Assembly: GCA_963702475.1 (NCBI GenBank)
Contig: CAVPCT010000003.1
Span: 640,001-704,000, forward strand
DNA: 64,000 nucleotides
Source of the DNA: an uncultured Thermoleophilia bacterium
GTDB taxonomy: Bacteria > Actinomycetota > Thermoleophilia > UBA2241
Reading direction: 5' to 3'
The notes below the pieces were generated by a model. That model searched no databases, was not told the DNA's origin, and was given only the letters and a program-made list of their open reading frames with translations. The translations under genes were made by a program, and so were the position numbers. Shown piece after piece: positions 1 to 8,861 of the stretch (position 1 is the first letter of the stretch; every line of letters begins with the position of its first letter).

Positions 1-1
1 C

Positions 2-193
2 GTCGACGAGGCACTCACCGACTACGAGCCCGGCGCCCGTGAGTGGTGTGCTACGCTCATCGTCTCCGCGGCGAGCGCCGCCGAGGCGCGTGCAGCCGCC
101 GACACCGCGGCGCGCGAGCTCGCGCGTAGCCAGGGTCTCGAGCTCCTGCCCGAGAACGACCAGACCGTCCTTCCCCAGGAGGCGCGGACATGA
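2..193 (+). CDS. pylC: Pyrrolysine biosynthesis ligase PylC, 3' end (partial, runs off window)
   Basis: Frame 2 reads VDEALTDYEPGAREWCATLIV..., resembling the bacterial PylC C-terminus; its TGA overlaps the pylD ATG (ATGA 190-193). Confidence 0.75.
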   Translation, partial: VDEALTDYEPGAREWCATLIVSAASAAEARAAADTAARELARSQGLELLPENDQTVLPQEART

Positions 194-996
194 CCAGGCT
201 CACCGAGGACGACGTCCGCACCCTCACCGAAGACCTCACCGCGTTCGAGTCCGGTCTGCTCGAGGTCGCAGGCTTGGACCTGCGCACCCTCGCGCTGGCC
301 ACCGTGGCCGACCCCCCGGTCTGCGTACCGTTGCACGGCGCCCGCATCGCCGCGGTGCCAGTGACGTCGGGTGAGGGGGTCATCTCCGGCTTCACGGAGT
401 GCGTGGCGGTCATCCTGCGCCATCTCGGCTGCGAGGCGTGGGTGACCGGCCAGCCGGACGTGCGCGGCATCCAGCAGGCCGTTACCAGCCGCGCCGAGGT
501 CGTGTTCCTCGCCGACGACCACCGCTTCATCGCCCTCGACCTGCGCAACGGCCGCTGTGTCGACGACGACCCTGCCACGGCGGACGGCTACGTCACAGCC
601 CTCGAGGCCGCCGCCGGAGGGCTGTTCGGCAAACCCGTGCTCCTGCTCGGACTGGGCCCAGTGGGCCGCGCCGCCGCGCGTCGCCTCGTGCGCAGAGGGG
701 CGAAGGTCGAGGTCGTCGAGCCCAACAGCGAGCGCCTGCAGGCCGCCCTCGACATCGGCCTGCACGTCAGGCCCACCACCCTCGACGAGGGCCTGGCGCG
801 CTGTGACCTGGTCTTCGACGCCACACCGGCTCTCGACATCATCGACATCGCCGACGTGACCGAACGCACCATCGCCGCCGTGCCGGGTATCCCATCCGGG
901 TTCACGGCCGCAGCGCGCGCGGCCATGGGCCGTCGGCACATCCACGAGCCGCTGGCCGTAGGCGTCGCCGTCATGGCGGCTCGGGCGCTCGCCTAG
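190..996 (+). CDS. pylD: Pyrrolysine synthase PylD (3-methylornithyl-N6-lysine dehydrogenase)
   Basis: MTRLT start, VPVTSGEGVISGF, FLADDHRFIA, Rossmann GLGPVG, HEPLAVGVAVM; adjacent to tRNA-Pyl; ends in TAG. Confidence 0.93.
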   Translation: MTRLTEDDVRTLTEDLTAFESGLLEVAGLDLRTLALATVADPPVCVPLHGARIAAVPVTSGEGVISGFTECVAVILRHLGCEAWVTGQPDVRGIQQAVTSRAEVVFLADDHRFIALDLRNGRCVDDDPATADGYVTALEAAAGGLFGKPVLLLGLGPVGRAAARRLVRRGAKVEVVEPNSERLQAALDIGLHVRPTTLDEGLARCDLVFDATPALDIIDIADVTERTIAAVPGIPSGFTAAARAAMGRRHIHEPLAVGVAVMAARALA

Positions 997-1045
997 ACGT
1001 CACATCGACGGGCGCCGGCGATGTCGTAGTACAATCCGGGTGCGC

Positions 1046-1118
1046 GGGGGGTCGATCGCAAGGATCAGCGTGGACTCTAAATCCACGTAGGCGGGTGTGA
1101 CTCCCGCACTCCCCGCCA
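1046..1118 (+). tRNA. pylT: tRNA-Pyl, anticodon CUA
   Basis: Cloverleaf: acceptor GGGGGGT/ACTCCCC, G discriminator, CCA; 1-nt linker; D-stem GATC/GATC with 5-nt loop; 6-bp anticodon stem CGTGGA/TCCACG; loop CTCTAAA with CTA at 1077-1079; 3-nt variable loop; T-stem GCGGG/CCCGC lacking TTC. Confidence 0.97.
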
Positions 1119-1169
1119 GTCTTTCTCTTCTCCGGCTTCTCCCCCCGCGTTGCGGCGGCGCTCCCCGCG

Positions 1170-2105
1170 TCAGGGCGCGAACGTGACCGGGATGCGCACC
1201 TCGTCCTGGCGGGAGCCGTCCTCCATCGACTGGGCGTAGACGATCAGGGTGCCGCGGGTAGCCGAGGTTGTGAACTGCACGGTCTTGCTGAAGTCGCCGC
1301 GCTCCGGCCCCCCGGCCGACGCCTGCACGGGCGTCCTCACGAGCTGCGAACCGCCGGCGTCCTCGAGCTCCGCCATGAACGAGCCCTCGAACACCATGGC
1401 CGTCCCCTCGAGGGCGAACGGGCTGCCGAGCACGGCGCCGACGCCCGGTCGTTCGACGAAGATCGCGGGCTCGAAGTCCCGCCAGTCGGCGCGCTTCTGG
1501 CTGGAGTCCAGCATGAGGCCCTCGCCTCCGAGCTCCGTGAGAGGCTCGCCGTCGATGCGGAAGTCCACCGCCTTCACAGTGGGGTACTGTGTCAGTGTGT
1601 AGACCACCTGCGCCACGCGGGCCTGCATCGCCAGCGAGCCTCCTCCTGAGGCGAACTCGCCTGACAGGTCGACGATGGCGACGCCCCCCTTGATGGTGAG
1701 GCCGAGGAGCCGAGTGCCGGCCGGCACGGCGGAGCTGAGGCCGGCCCCCTGGTCCTCCGCGTTCGGACCCAGGCACAGCGCCGACATCGCGGCGGTGGCG
1801 ACTGCCTCACTGCGCGGCGCCGGCCGCTCGGCCACGCCGAGCTTCTCGCCGCGCAGGAAGTAGACGCGCACGACCATCTCGTCCGCCGCCGCTGTCGCCG
1901 ACTCGCCGGGGGAGGGGGCCGTGGTGGCCGTGACCTGCGTCGGCGCTCCGGGCGAGGCGCTCTCACCGGCGCCCCCGTCCGACACGCCGCAGCCGGCCGC
2001 GAGGGCGGCGCCGAGCGCCACGGCCGCGAGCAGCGCGAGCGCGGCGGCCACGGACCGGCGGCGCTCGCGCCGGCCCTGGGTGCGGAAGCTGCAGAAGGCG
2101 GTCAT
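1170..2105 (-). CDS. Lipoprotein with GerMN and Gmad2 Ig-like domains
   Basis: Lipobox LAAGC; VDLSGEFASGGGS...AQVVYTLTQ GerMN motif; GTAMVFEG Ig-like C-terminal domain. Confidence 0.8.
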   Translation of the reverse strand: MTAFCSFRTQGRRERRRSVAAALALLAAVALGAALAAGCGVSDGGAGESASPGAPTQVTATTAPSPGESATAAADEMVVRVYFLRGEKLGVAERPAPRSEAVATAAMSALCLGPNAEDQGAGLSSAVPAGTRLLGLTIKGGVAIVDLSGEFASGGGSLAMQARVAQVVYTLTQYPTVKAVDFRIDGEPLTELGGEGLMLDSSQKRADWRDFEPAIFVERPGVGAVLGSPFALEGTAMVFEGSFMAELEDAGGSQLVRTPVQASAGGPERGDFSKTVQFTTSATRGTLIVYAQSMEDGSRQDEVRIPVTFAP

Positions 2106-2169
2106 GGGCACCTCACCCGATAGACGGAGTCCTTCCCTTCGGGACGCGCCAGCCTCCTCCTGCGCTCGG

Positions 2170-2178
2170 TGGTACACT
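2170..2178 (+). promoter_or_regulatory. Extended -10 element (TGGTACACT) for pylSn, near-leaderless transcript
   Basis: TG-n-TACACT 10 nt upstream of the ATG; no Shine-Dalgarno sequence. Confidence 0.45.
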
Positions 2179-2188
2179 TCACGTCCCC

Positions 2189-2515
2189 ATGCCGACCGAT
2201 CCCAACAAAGCGCGCTACTACCGCAAGCAGATCCCGCTTTTCAGGCTGCTTGAGAAGATGAAGCTGTGGCCCTCGCGGCGCGGCATCCTGCACGGCATCC
2301 GCGAGATCACCCTGCGCGGCGAGTACGCCATCATCGTGACCCACTGCGGCAAACACATGGTGGTGCGCGATTCCAAGACGAGCCGCGCCGCGCGATGGCT
2401 GCGCAACAAGTGGTACGCCGAGGCGTGTCCCAAGTGCCGCATCCCGGAGTGGAAGCTCCAGAAGTACGCCTCCACGCACTTCAATCGGGGCTACGGCTCT
2501 CACCTGAGGGACTGA
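2189..2515 (+). CDS. pylSn: Pyrrolysyl-tRNA synthetase N-terminal subunit PylSn
   Basis: KLWPSRRGILHGI, THCG, SRAARWLRNKW, CPKCRIPEWKL motifs. Confidence 0.96.
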   Translation: MPTDPNKARYYRKQIPLFRLLEKMKLWPSRRGILHGIREITLRGEYAIIVTHCGKHMVVRDSKTSRAARWLRNKWYAEACPKCRIPEWKLQKYASTHFNRGYGSHLRD

Positions 2516-2573
2516 ACGACGAAGGGGGCTCAGCGAGCGGTGCGTCGCAGGCGCGCCCGTCGATAGGCTCCGG

Positions 2574-3453
2574 CTACAGCAGCCGCCAGCTCTCCGGCCG
2601 CAGCCGCATCGATTCCGGAGCAGTGAGCACCCTGTCCAGCGTGGCCAGCATGGCCGCCTTTTCCTGCGGCAGGCGCCCTCCCACGGGCAGATAGTTGGAC
2701 GCGTGGTTGCTTCGGAAGAGGCAGTCGGTGACCTCAGTGGCCGCGACGATCTCGCGCAGTTCGCGGAGCATGCCGAGCGAGTCCGGCAGCACCACCTCGC
2801 CGCGCGCCACCTTGCGCTCCATGGCGGTGCCCGGCGTGAGCATGAGCGTGAGGATGCCGATGTACCGCGGGTCGATGGCCGAGAGAGCCACGCCCGTGGC
2901 TCGCGCGTGCACGAGCGAGCGCTCTGCGCCGGCGAGGCCGAGGATGGCCGTGACGGACAGGGCGATGCCGGCCGTCGAGGCCCGCACGCAGCCCTCGATC
3001 TGTTCGCTCACCGTCATGCCCTTGTGGATGTGGGCCAGGGTCTGGTCGTCGCCCGACTCGAGGCCCAGGTAGATGAGCTCGAGGCCGTTCGCGCGGAGTG
3101 TCACCAGGTCCTCGGACGCTCTTCGCCAGCAGGTTGCGGGCGTTGGCGTAGGTGCTCACGCGCTCCAGGTTCGGCAGAGCCCGGTGCAGCAGATCCAGGA
3201 TGTCGTGCAGTTTGTGCGGGCTCAGTGCCATGGCGTCGCCGTCGGCCAGAAAGACCCGGTCCACACGGTTGCGCACCGTGGAGGGGAGACCCAGGACGTC
3301 GTCGACCACCTCGTCGAACGGTCGCACGGCGAACGGCTTCTCCAGATAGGTGCCGCAGAAGTCGCAGGTGTTGTTGGAGCAGCCGTACGTGACCTGCACG
3401 ATAAGACTGCTGGCCTCGCTGGGGGGGCGGATGACGGCGCCGTGGTACCTCAC
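2574..3453 (-). CDS. Radical SAM protein with a +1 frameshift near 3114 (probably a sequencing error)
   Basis: VIRPPSEA..GCSNNTCDFC (CxxxCxxC); joins the YLGLESG...FRSNHASNY frame if one C is removed from AGCGTCCGAG. Confidence 0.8.
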
Positions 3454-3651
3454 GTTCCCGATGCTACCAGAGCGGTCGCTCTTGTGCGGTGCCGCACATT
3501 TACGCTCACACGCGCGACTGGTAGACTGCAGCCGTCGCGGAAGGGGGTGGCGACGGCGCGCGTCTCGACACGGCCTGGGCGTGCACCGGGCGTGCGAAGC
3601 GCCCCTCGCCTCTCCGGTCCCACAACGGCCGTCACAGAAGGAGCCCCACGC

Positions 3652-4284
3652 ATGGCCACCATCTACGAAGAAGCAGCCCAGACCATCGTCGACGCCGACC
3701 GCGCCGCCGCCGAGGAGGTCGCGAAGCGCGCCCTCGGGCAGGGCCTCGCGCCCGCCGACATCATGCAGAACGGCTTCGTCAAGGGTATCCAGGAGGTCGG
3801 CGAGCTCTTCGAGAGCGGCGAGGTCTTCCTCCCCGAGCTGATGATGAGCGCCGACGCCATGGCCGGGGCCACCGAGGTCACCAACGCCGCCCTGGAGGGC
3901 GAGGCCGCCGCGGCCAAGGGCGTGATCGTGATCGGCACCGTGCAGGGCGACGTGCACGACATCGGCAAGGCCATCGTCATCGCCTACCTGAAGGCCAACG
4001 GCTACGAGGTCCACGACCTCGGCCGCGACGTGCCCGCCGACGCCTTCCTCACCAAGGCCGCCGAGGTCGGCGCGAACGTGATCGGCATGAGCGCCCTGCT
4101 CACCACCACGATGGAGGAGCAGAAGAAGGTCATCAAGCGCGTGCGCGAGGAGGGCCTCGCCTACAAGTGCGTCGTCGGCGGCGCCCCCGCGACGCAGCGC
4201 TGGGCCGACCAGATCGGCGCCGACGCCTACGCCGAGGACGCCTCCGACGGCGTCAAGAAGATCGACGAGCTGCTCGGCGTCTGA
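3652..4284 (+). CDS. Methyltransferase cognate corrinoid protein (MtbC/MttC family)
   Basis: FLPEL helical cap, GDVHDIGK B12-binding motif, SALLTTT, GGAP; SD AAGGAG. Confidence 0.93.
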   Translation: MATIYEEAAQTIVDADRAAAEEVAKRALGQGLAPADIMQNGFVKGIQEVGELFESGEVFLPELMMSADAMAGATEVTNAALEGEAAAAKGVIVIGTVQGDVHDIGKAIVIAYLKANGYEVHDLGRDVPADAFLTKAAEVGANVIGMSALLTTTMEEQKKVIKRVREEGLAYKCVVGGAPATQRWADQIGADAYAEDASDGVKKIDELLGV

Positions 4285-4311
4285 GCGTCCCGGGAAGCCC
4301 CTGAGGGGCCG
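4256..4311 (+). repeat. Left copy of degenerate 56-bp direct repeat (corrinoid gene 3' end plus downstream DNA)
   Basis: Matches 17482-17537 at 50 of 56 positions by manual alignment. Confidence 0.85.
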
Positions 4312-4320
4312 CAGAAGCGC

Positions 4321-4358
4321 GCGACGAAGGGCGGGCCGGGAGGGCCGCCCTTCGTCGC
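4321..4358 (+). terminator. GC-rich hairpin after the corrinoid gene
   Basis: GCGACGAAGGGCGG / CCGCCCTTCGTCGC, a 14-bp perfect inverted repeat. Confidence 0.65.
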
Positions 4359-4389
4359 GTACGCCATTCGTGCTGTGTACCATCGGCGC

Positions 4390-4569
4390 GTGAACGAGTG
4401 GGACGACCGGTTCGACTACTACCGTGACAGCCCGACCCATGCGCTCGGCGCCGACCTCGACCAAGTCGTGGCCTGGTGCGAGTCGGGACCCGGTGTGGCA
4501 GCGCTGGACGTGGCCTGCGGCGGCGCCCTCCTTGGACATGCGGCCGATGCGCGCCGGCGTGCTCCCTGA
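4390..4569 (+). pseudogene. Truncated class I SAM-dependent methyltransferase
   Basis: SPTHALGADL...ALDVACGG motif I, then homology is lost next to the IS110 remnant. Confidence 0.6.
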
Positions 4570-4632
4570 CGGGCACTCCTGAGGATTGAGGCGAAAGTAG
4601 CCGACCGGCCGGCGCGCCGCGGCAAAGCGGCG

Positions 4633-5120
4633 CTAATCACGTTGACGCCGGAGACTGTCACCAGGCGGTGGGATCTCAGGTGAGTCCAGGGCTGCGCGGG
4701 CGCTGTCCCTCTCGAGAATACCGAGCTGGCCAGCGAGGAAGTCGAGCACGCGCAGACAGGCGTCTACCGTCTCGCGCTTGTCGCCGGGCAGCTCGAGGCC
4801 CGTGAGCCAGCAGCGCCCGTCCGCGCCGAACGGATCGCTCACTGGCGGGGCGCCCTTCAGGTTGTGGCAAAGGGTGGCGGAGATCTCGTTCTTGAGGCAC
4901 GTGCGCTGGCGGCGTAGGTTACGGGTCTTCTCGCCCGGCAGCAGGGCGCCTTGCAGCATGCCGGCCGCCAGCAGCTTCGCCAAGGCGCGCATCGAGGCGG
5001 TCGGTCTTCGCGTTGGCGACGGCGAAAGCGTGCGGCTCGCGCGCACCGGCCACTGCCACTCGTCTGACGTGAGGCGCGAGAATGCGCGCGATGGCGAGGG
5101 CGTTGCCGTTGGTCTCCTGG
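4633..5120 (-). mobile_element. IS110-family transposase remnant (frameshifted)
   Basis: ETNGNALAIARIL...AKTDRLDAR/ALAKLLAAG, RQRTCLKNEI, GRCWL..LELP. Confidence 0.75.
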
Positions 5121-5128
5121 AAATCGTT

Positions 5129-5445
5129 TCACAATGACGCTCGCAGTCGCCGGAAGCAGATCAGGCAGCAAGCCAGTTCGAGGAAGGCCTCGTGTACGTC
5201 GGCGCGCCGCTCCTAGCGCACGAGCAGGCGGCGGAAGCCGTGCAGCCAGGCGATGGTGCGCTCGACGACCCAGCGCTGGGCACCGAGACCGGAGCCGCGA
5301 GAGGTGCCGCGCCGCGCGATTTGCGGGGTGATGCCGCGCGCTCGCAGCCTGCGGCGGTAGGCTTCGTGGTCGTAGCCGCGGTCGGCGAGCAGACGCCGGG
5401 GGCGCAGCGCAGCCGGGGCCGCACCCCTACCGCCGCCGGTGATGG
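5129..5445 (-). mobile_element. IS5-family transposase 3' remnant
   Basis: LADRGYDHEAYRRRLRARGITPQIARRG..GSGLGAQRWVVERTIAWLHGFRRLLVR*ERRADVHEAFLELACCLIC; TAG at 5213-5215 where these transposases usually have an aromatic residue. Confidence 0.85.
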
Positions 5446-6026
5446 CGGGCCGGCCCAGACACTGAGTCGAGCCCGGTGCTTTCTCTTATGGGTGAGGTTG
5501 GGGGCGATGCGCTGGCAATCGGCCTTCAGAGGTCCGGGCATTGGCGGGCGCGACCCTGTACGCAGTGCGCGACGCGAGGGTAGCCCAGGTGAGAAGCTGT
5601 CGAGCTTGCAACTTGGTGCACGCGCTCTGTAAGCATCCTCGTCTCACCCTCGGCCAAGATCCCGATCTCCGCCTGCTCGGCCGCCTCGCGGCTCTTCGGG
5701 ATGTGGAGACTGCCTCCCGGGGTGAATGTCCATCTCTCGGCCACAGATCCCACGCCCTTGACGCTCACAACTCCATGCGATTGGTGCACAGCAGCCGTCA
5801 ACTCGTGGAAGCATCGGTAGTCTGGGGCCAAGGGCGCGCAGGCACCTGGTGAACGTGGCCAGGACGATGATGAGAGACGGGGCCGACAATGGCTGCGCCG
5901 GCAGCGGAGCGACCCCTTGCGTCTCGCCGAGAGCTCTGTATGATGCCGGCATAACCGAACGGTTGGTTACGCGCCGGCGTGGTCGGCAGGCCCCAGACCG
6001 CCCGCGCAGACAGCACAGGAGGATGT

Positions 6027-7253
6027 ATGCGAGTAGCTATTCTCGGAGCCGGCGCGCAGGGGTTCGTACTCACGTGGTACTTCGCTGCCTGCGCCGATGT
6101 GGACAGCATCGTCGTCGGCGACAACGAGCCGGAGCGGGCGCGGCAGGTCGTCGATCGCTGGGGTGCAGGCAAGTCAGAGGCCGTCATCGTCGACGCCACC
6201 GACATCGACGCCGTGGCACGCTTCGCTGCCGGCGCCGACATCCTTATCAACGCCGTGCTGCCGGAATGGGACGTTTCCTGCATGCAGGCGGCGCTGCAGG
6301 CCGGCGCACACTACATCGACATGGCCACGCGCAGGCCGGGCGGCACCGTCGACGACGGCTACATGGACCAGATGGACCTCGACGAGGCCTTCCGCTCGGC
6401 TGGTCTCACGGCTCTCATCACCACCGGCATGACACCCGGCGTCACCAACACTCTGGCGGCTATCGGCTACGAGGAAATGGACCGTTGCGAGGCTGTGCAC
6501 GTGCGCGCCACCTCCAACTTCCAGTCGGAGAAGCCCATACAGGTCTGGTCGCAGGAGACATGGTACATCGACTGCCAGACACCATGTCTCTACTTCTCAG
6601 AGGGCACCTTCCACCGCGCCGCGCCCTTCGGCGGACGCGAGTACTTCGACTTCCCGAGGCCGTACGGTCGCCGGCCCGTCACCTTCCACGAACACGAGGA
6701 AGCCACCACGCTGCCACGCTGGTTGCCCAGATTGGGCGAGAAGGGGCTGCAGTGCGTCGACTTCAAGATGGGTGCGAGCGACGCCGGCCTGGATGCGCTG
6801 AAGGCCGTCGTCGATAGCGGCATGGCCAGCCCGGAGCCGCGACAGGTGAAGGGTGTCACCGTGAGGCCCCTCGACGTGCTGGTCAGTAACCTGCCGCCCA
6901 GCCCGTCTCCCGACGAAGTGGCGGAGATGGCTCGGGCCGGCAAGATCGTGGACGAGGGTGTGTACGTCATCGACCTGCACGCAGAGCTCGACGACCCGCC
7001 CACCGAGTCGTTCTACGTCTACCCGCCGAGTATCCAGGAGCTCACCGAGATGTGCCCGGGCGCCAATCGCGTCAGCTATGGCACCTCGGTGCCCTGCGCC
7101 GCCTACGCCCGGTTCATCCTGGACGGCGTCATCGATACCCGTGGCGTCGTGCCGCCCGAAGGCCTGCCGCGCGAGGTGCGTCTGGCCTACGTGAAGGAGC
7201 TCGAGCACCGGGGTCTGCGCTTTGAGCGGCGCTCGCTCCGGTCGGTCTACTGA
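6027..7253 (+). CDS. Saccharopine dehydrogenase-like NAD(P)-dependent amine oxidoreductase
   Basis: GAGAQG Rossmann motif, HYIDMA, GMTPGVTN, HEE, GVVPPE; SD AGGAGG. Confidence 0.85.
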   Translation: MRVAILGAGAQGFVLTWYFAACADVDSIVVGDNEPERARQVVDRWGAGKSEAVIVDATDIDAVARFAAGADILINAVLPEWDVSCMQAALQAGAHYIDMATRRPGGTVDDGYMDQMDLDEAFRSAGLTALITTGMTPGVTNTLAAIGYEEMDRCEAVHVRATSNFQSEKPIQVWSQETWYIDCQTPCLYFSEGTFHRAAPFGGREYFDFPRPYGRRPVTFHEHEEATTLPRWLPRLGEKGLQCVDFKMGASDAGLDALKAVVDSGMASPEPRQVKGVTVRPLDVLVSNLPPSPSPDEVAEMARAGKIVDEGVYVIDLHAELDDPPTESFYVYPPSIQELTEMCPGANRVSYGTSVPCAAYARFILDGVIDTRGVVPPEGLPREVRLAYVKELEHRGLRFERRSLRSVY

Positions 7254-7327
7254 GACCGCTCCGAGGAGCGGTCGGCCCTCTGACCGACGCAACGATTCCG
7301 ACTGTGTAGCCGAAAGAAAGGAAGAAC

Positions 7328-8821
7328 ATGGCCGTTGATGCCAAAGCGCTTGCGAGCATCGGGGACAACGCCAATCTCATCGGCGGGAAGTGGGTGTCTG
7401 CCATCTCAGGCGAGACGTTCGATGTGCTCAGCCCGGCCACGGGCGAGGTGCTCGCTTCCGTTCCGAAGTGCGGCAAGGCCGATGTGGACGCTGCTGTCGA
7501 CGCTGCCGCCAAGGCGTGGACCGTCTTCAAGGACGTGCCTCTCTACGTGAGAGCAGACGCGCTGCGTCGGATGGCGGAGCTGATCCGCGAGCGGACAGAG
7601 GAGATCGCGCTCGTACTGAGCATGGAGCAGGGCAAGCCGTACGAGACCGAAGCCTTCCCTGAGGTCGAGGAGACGGCCTTCAACTTCCAGATCTTCGCCG
7701 AAGGGGCGGCCTCTTGGGAGGGACCGACCATCCCCTTCCGCGACCCGAACATCCGGGCTCACGCGATCTACTCACCCTACGGCGTCGTGGCGATCATCTC
7801 GCCATGGAACTTCCCGGTCATGATCCCTGCCGAGTACATCGCTCCGGCATTGCTGACCGGCAACACGGTCATCAGCAAGCCGGCATCCACAACGCCCCTG
7901 TCCATGATCCTCACGGCCCAGTGCATTCAGCAGGCGCTTGACGAGTTCGGGTTTCCGGGTGGGGTGTTCAGCCTGCTGACCGGTCCAGGCGGTGTTGTGG
8001 GCGAGCAGCTGGTGACCCATCCTCAGGTGGACCTCATCGGTCTCACCGGGGAGACCATCACCGGTGAAGAGATCTGCTCCAAGGCGGGGATCAAGAAGAC
8101 CTTGATGGAGCTTGGCGGCAACGGGCCCCAGATCGTCTGCGATGACGCCGACCTCAGGGAGGCGGCGAAGGCCGCTGCGCTCGGCTGCTTCTACAACGCC
8201 GGTCAGGTCTGCTGCGCAACGGAGCGGATCCTTGTGCAGGAGAGTGTCCATGACGAGTTCGTCAAGCTGATGCTTGAAGAATTGGCGAACTGGAAGCTCG
8301 GCGATCCTCTCGACGCGGCAACGACCGTGGGGCCGATGAACAACGCGGCGACGGTCGCGAAGGTCGAGGAGCACCTCGCGGATGCGGTGAGCAAGGGAGC
8401 GACCGTTCTGGCGGGCGGCGGACTGGAAGATGGCCGTCCGACCAGGCTGTATTTCCAGCCGACAGTCGTGGACGGCGTCGGCCGCAATACCCTGCTCAAC
8501 ATGGAGGAGACGTTCGGCCCGGTCGCACCCATCTTCACGTTCAAGACAGACGCTGAAGCAGTCGAGATCGCGCACGAGAGCGGCTACGGTCTGGTCATGG
8601 CCGTGTTCACCTCCTCGCTCAAGAGGTCCCATTACTACGTTGACCAGCTGCGCACGGGCAACATCGTCGTGAACCAATCGACCGACTATTGGGAAGCACA
8701 CCTGCCGTTCGGCGGCGGAGGCGGCACCAAGAGCGGGCACGGCCGGTTGGGTATGCGCTTCGCTCTGGAAGACCTGACGTATCTCAAGATGGTGACCGTC
8801 GACATCGCCAAGTGCCACTGA
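7328..8821 (+). CDS. NAD(P)-dependent aldehyde dehydrogenase
   Basis: ISPWNFP, MELGGN, NAGQVCCA, EETFGP, PFGG. Confidence 0.95.
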   Translation: MAVDAKALASIGDNANLIGGKWVSAISGETFDVLSPATGEVLASVPKCGKADVDAAVDAAAKAWTVFKDVPLYVRADALRRMAELIRERTEEIALVLSMEQGKPYETEAFPEVEETAFNFQIFAEGAASWEGPTIPFRDPNIRAHAIYSPYGVVAIISPWNFPVMIPAEYIAPALLTGNTVISKPASTTPLSMILTAQCIQQALDEFGFPGGVFSLLTGPGGVVGEQLVTHPQVDLIGLTGETITGEEICSKAGIKKTLMELGGNGPQIVCDDADLREAAKAAALGCFYNAGQVCCATERILVQESVHDEFVKLMLEELANWKLGDPLDAATTVGPMNNAATVAKVEEHLADAVSKGATVLAGGGLEDGRPTRLYFQPTVVDGVGRNTLLNMEETFGPVAPIFTFKTDAEAVEIAHESGYGLVMAVFTSSLKRSHYYVDQLRTGNIVVNQSTDYWEAHLPFGGGGGTKSGHGRLGMRFALEDLTYLKMVTVDIAKCH

Positions 8822-8861
8822 GGCCGGACCACCGAGTATGGAGCAAGGAGACGGGGGACTC

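Noticed and set aside
3505-3590. Possible ZTP (pfl) riboswitch upstream of the corrinoid gene (GCGACTGG...GCCTGGGC)
   Set aside because: It lacks the GGCG/CGCC pseudoknot and the GGGGAG element; TGGTAGACT is better explained as an extended -10
5192-5632. 146-aa plus-strand ORF
   Set aside because: Antisense shadow of the IS5 transposase remnant
5450-6000. Several ~100-aa ORFs in the degraded interval
   Set aside because: No recognisable motifs or ribosome-binding sites; probably decayed DNA
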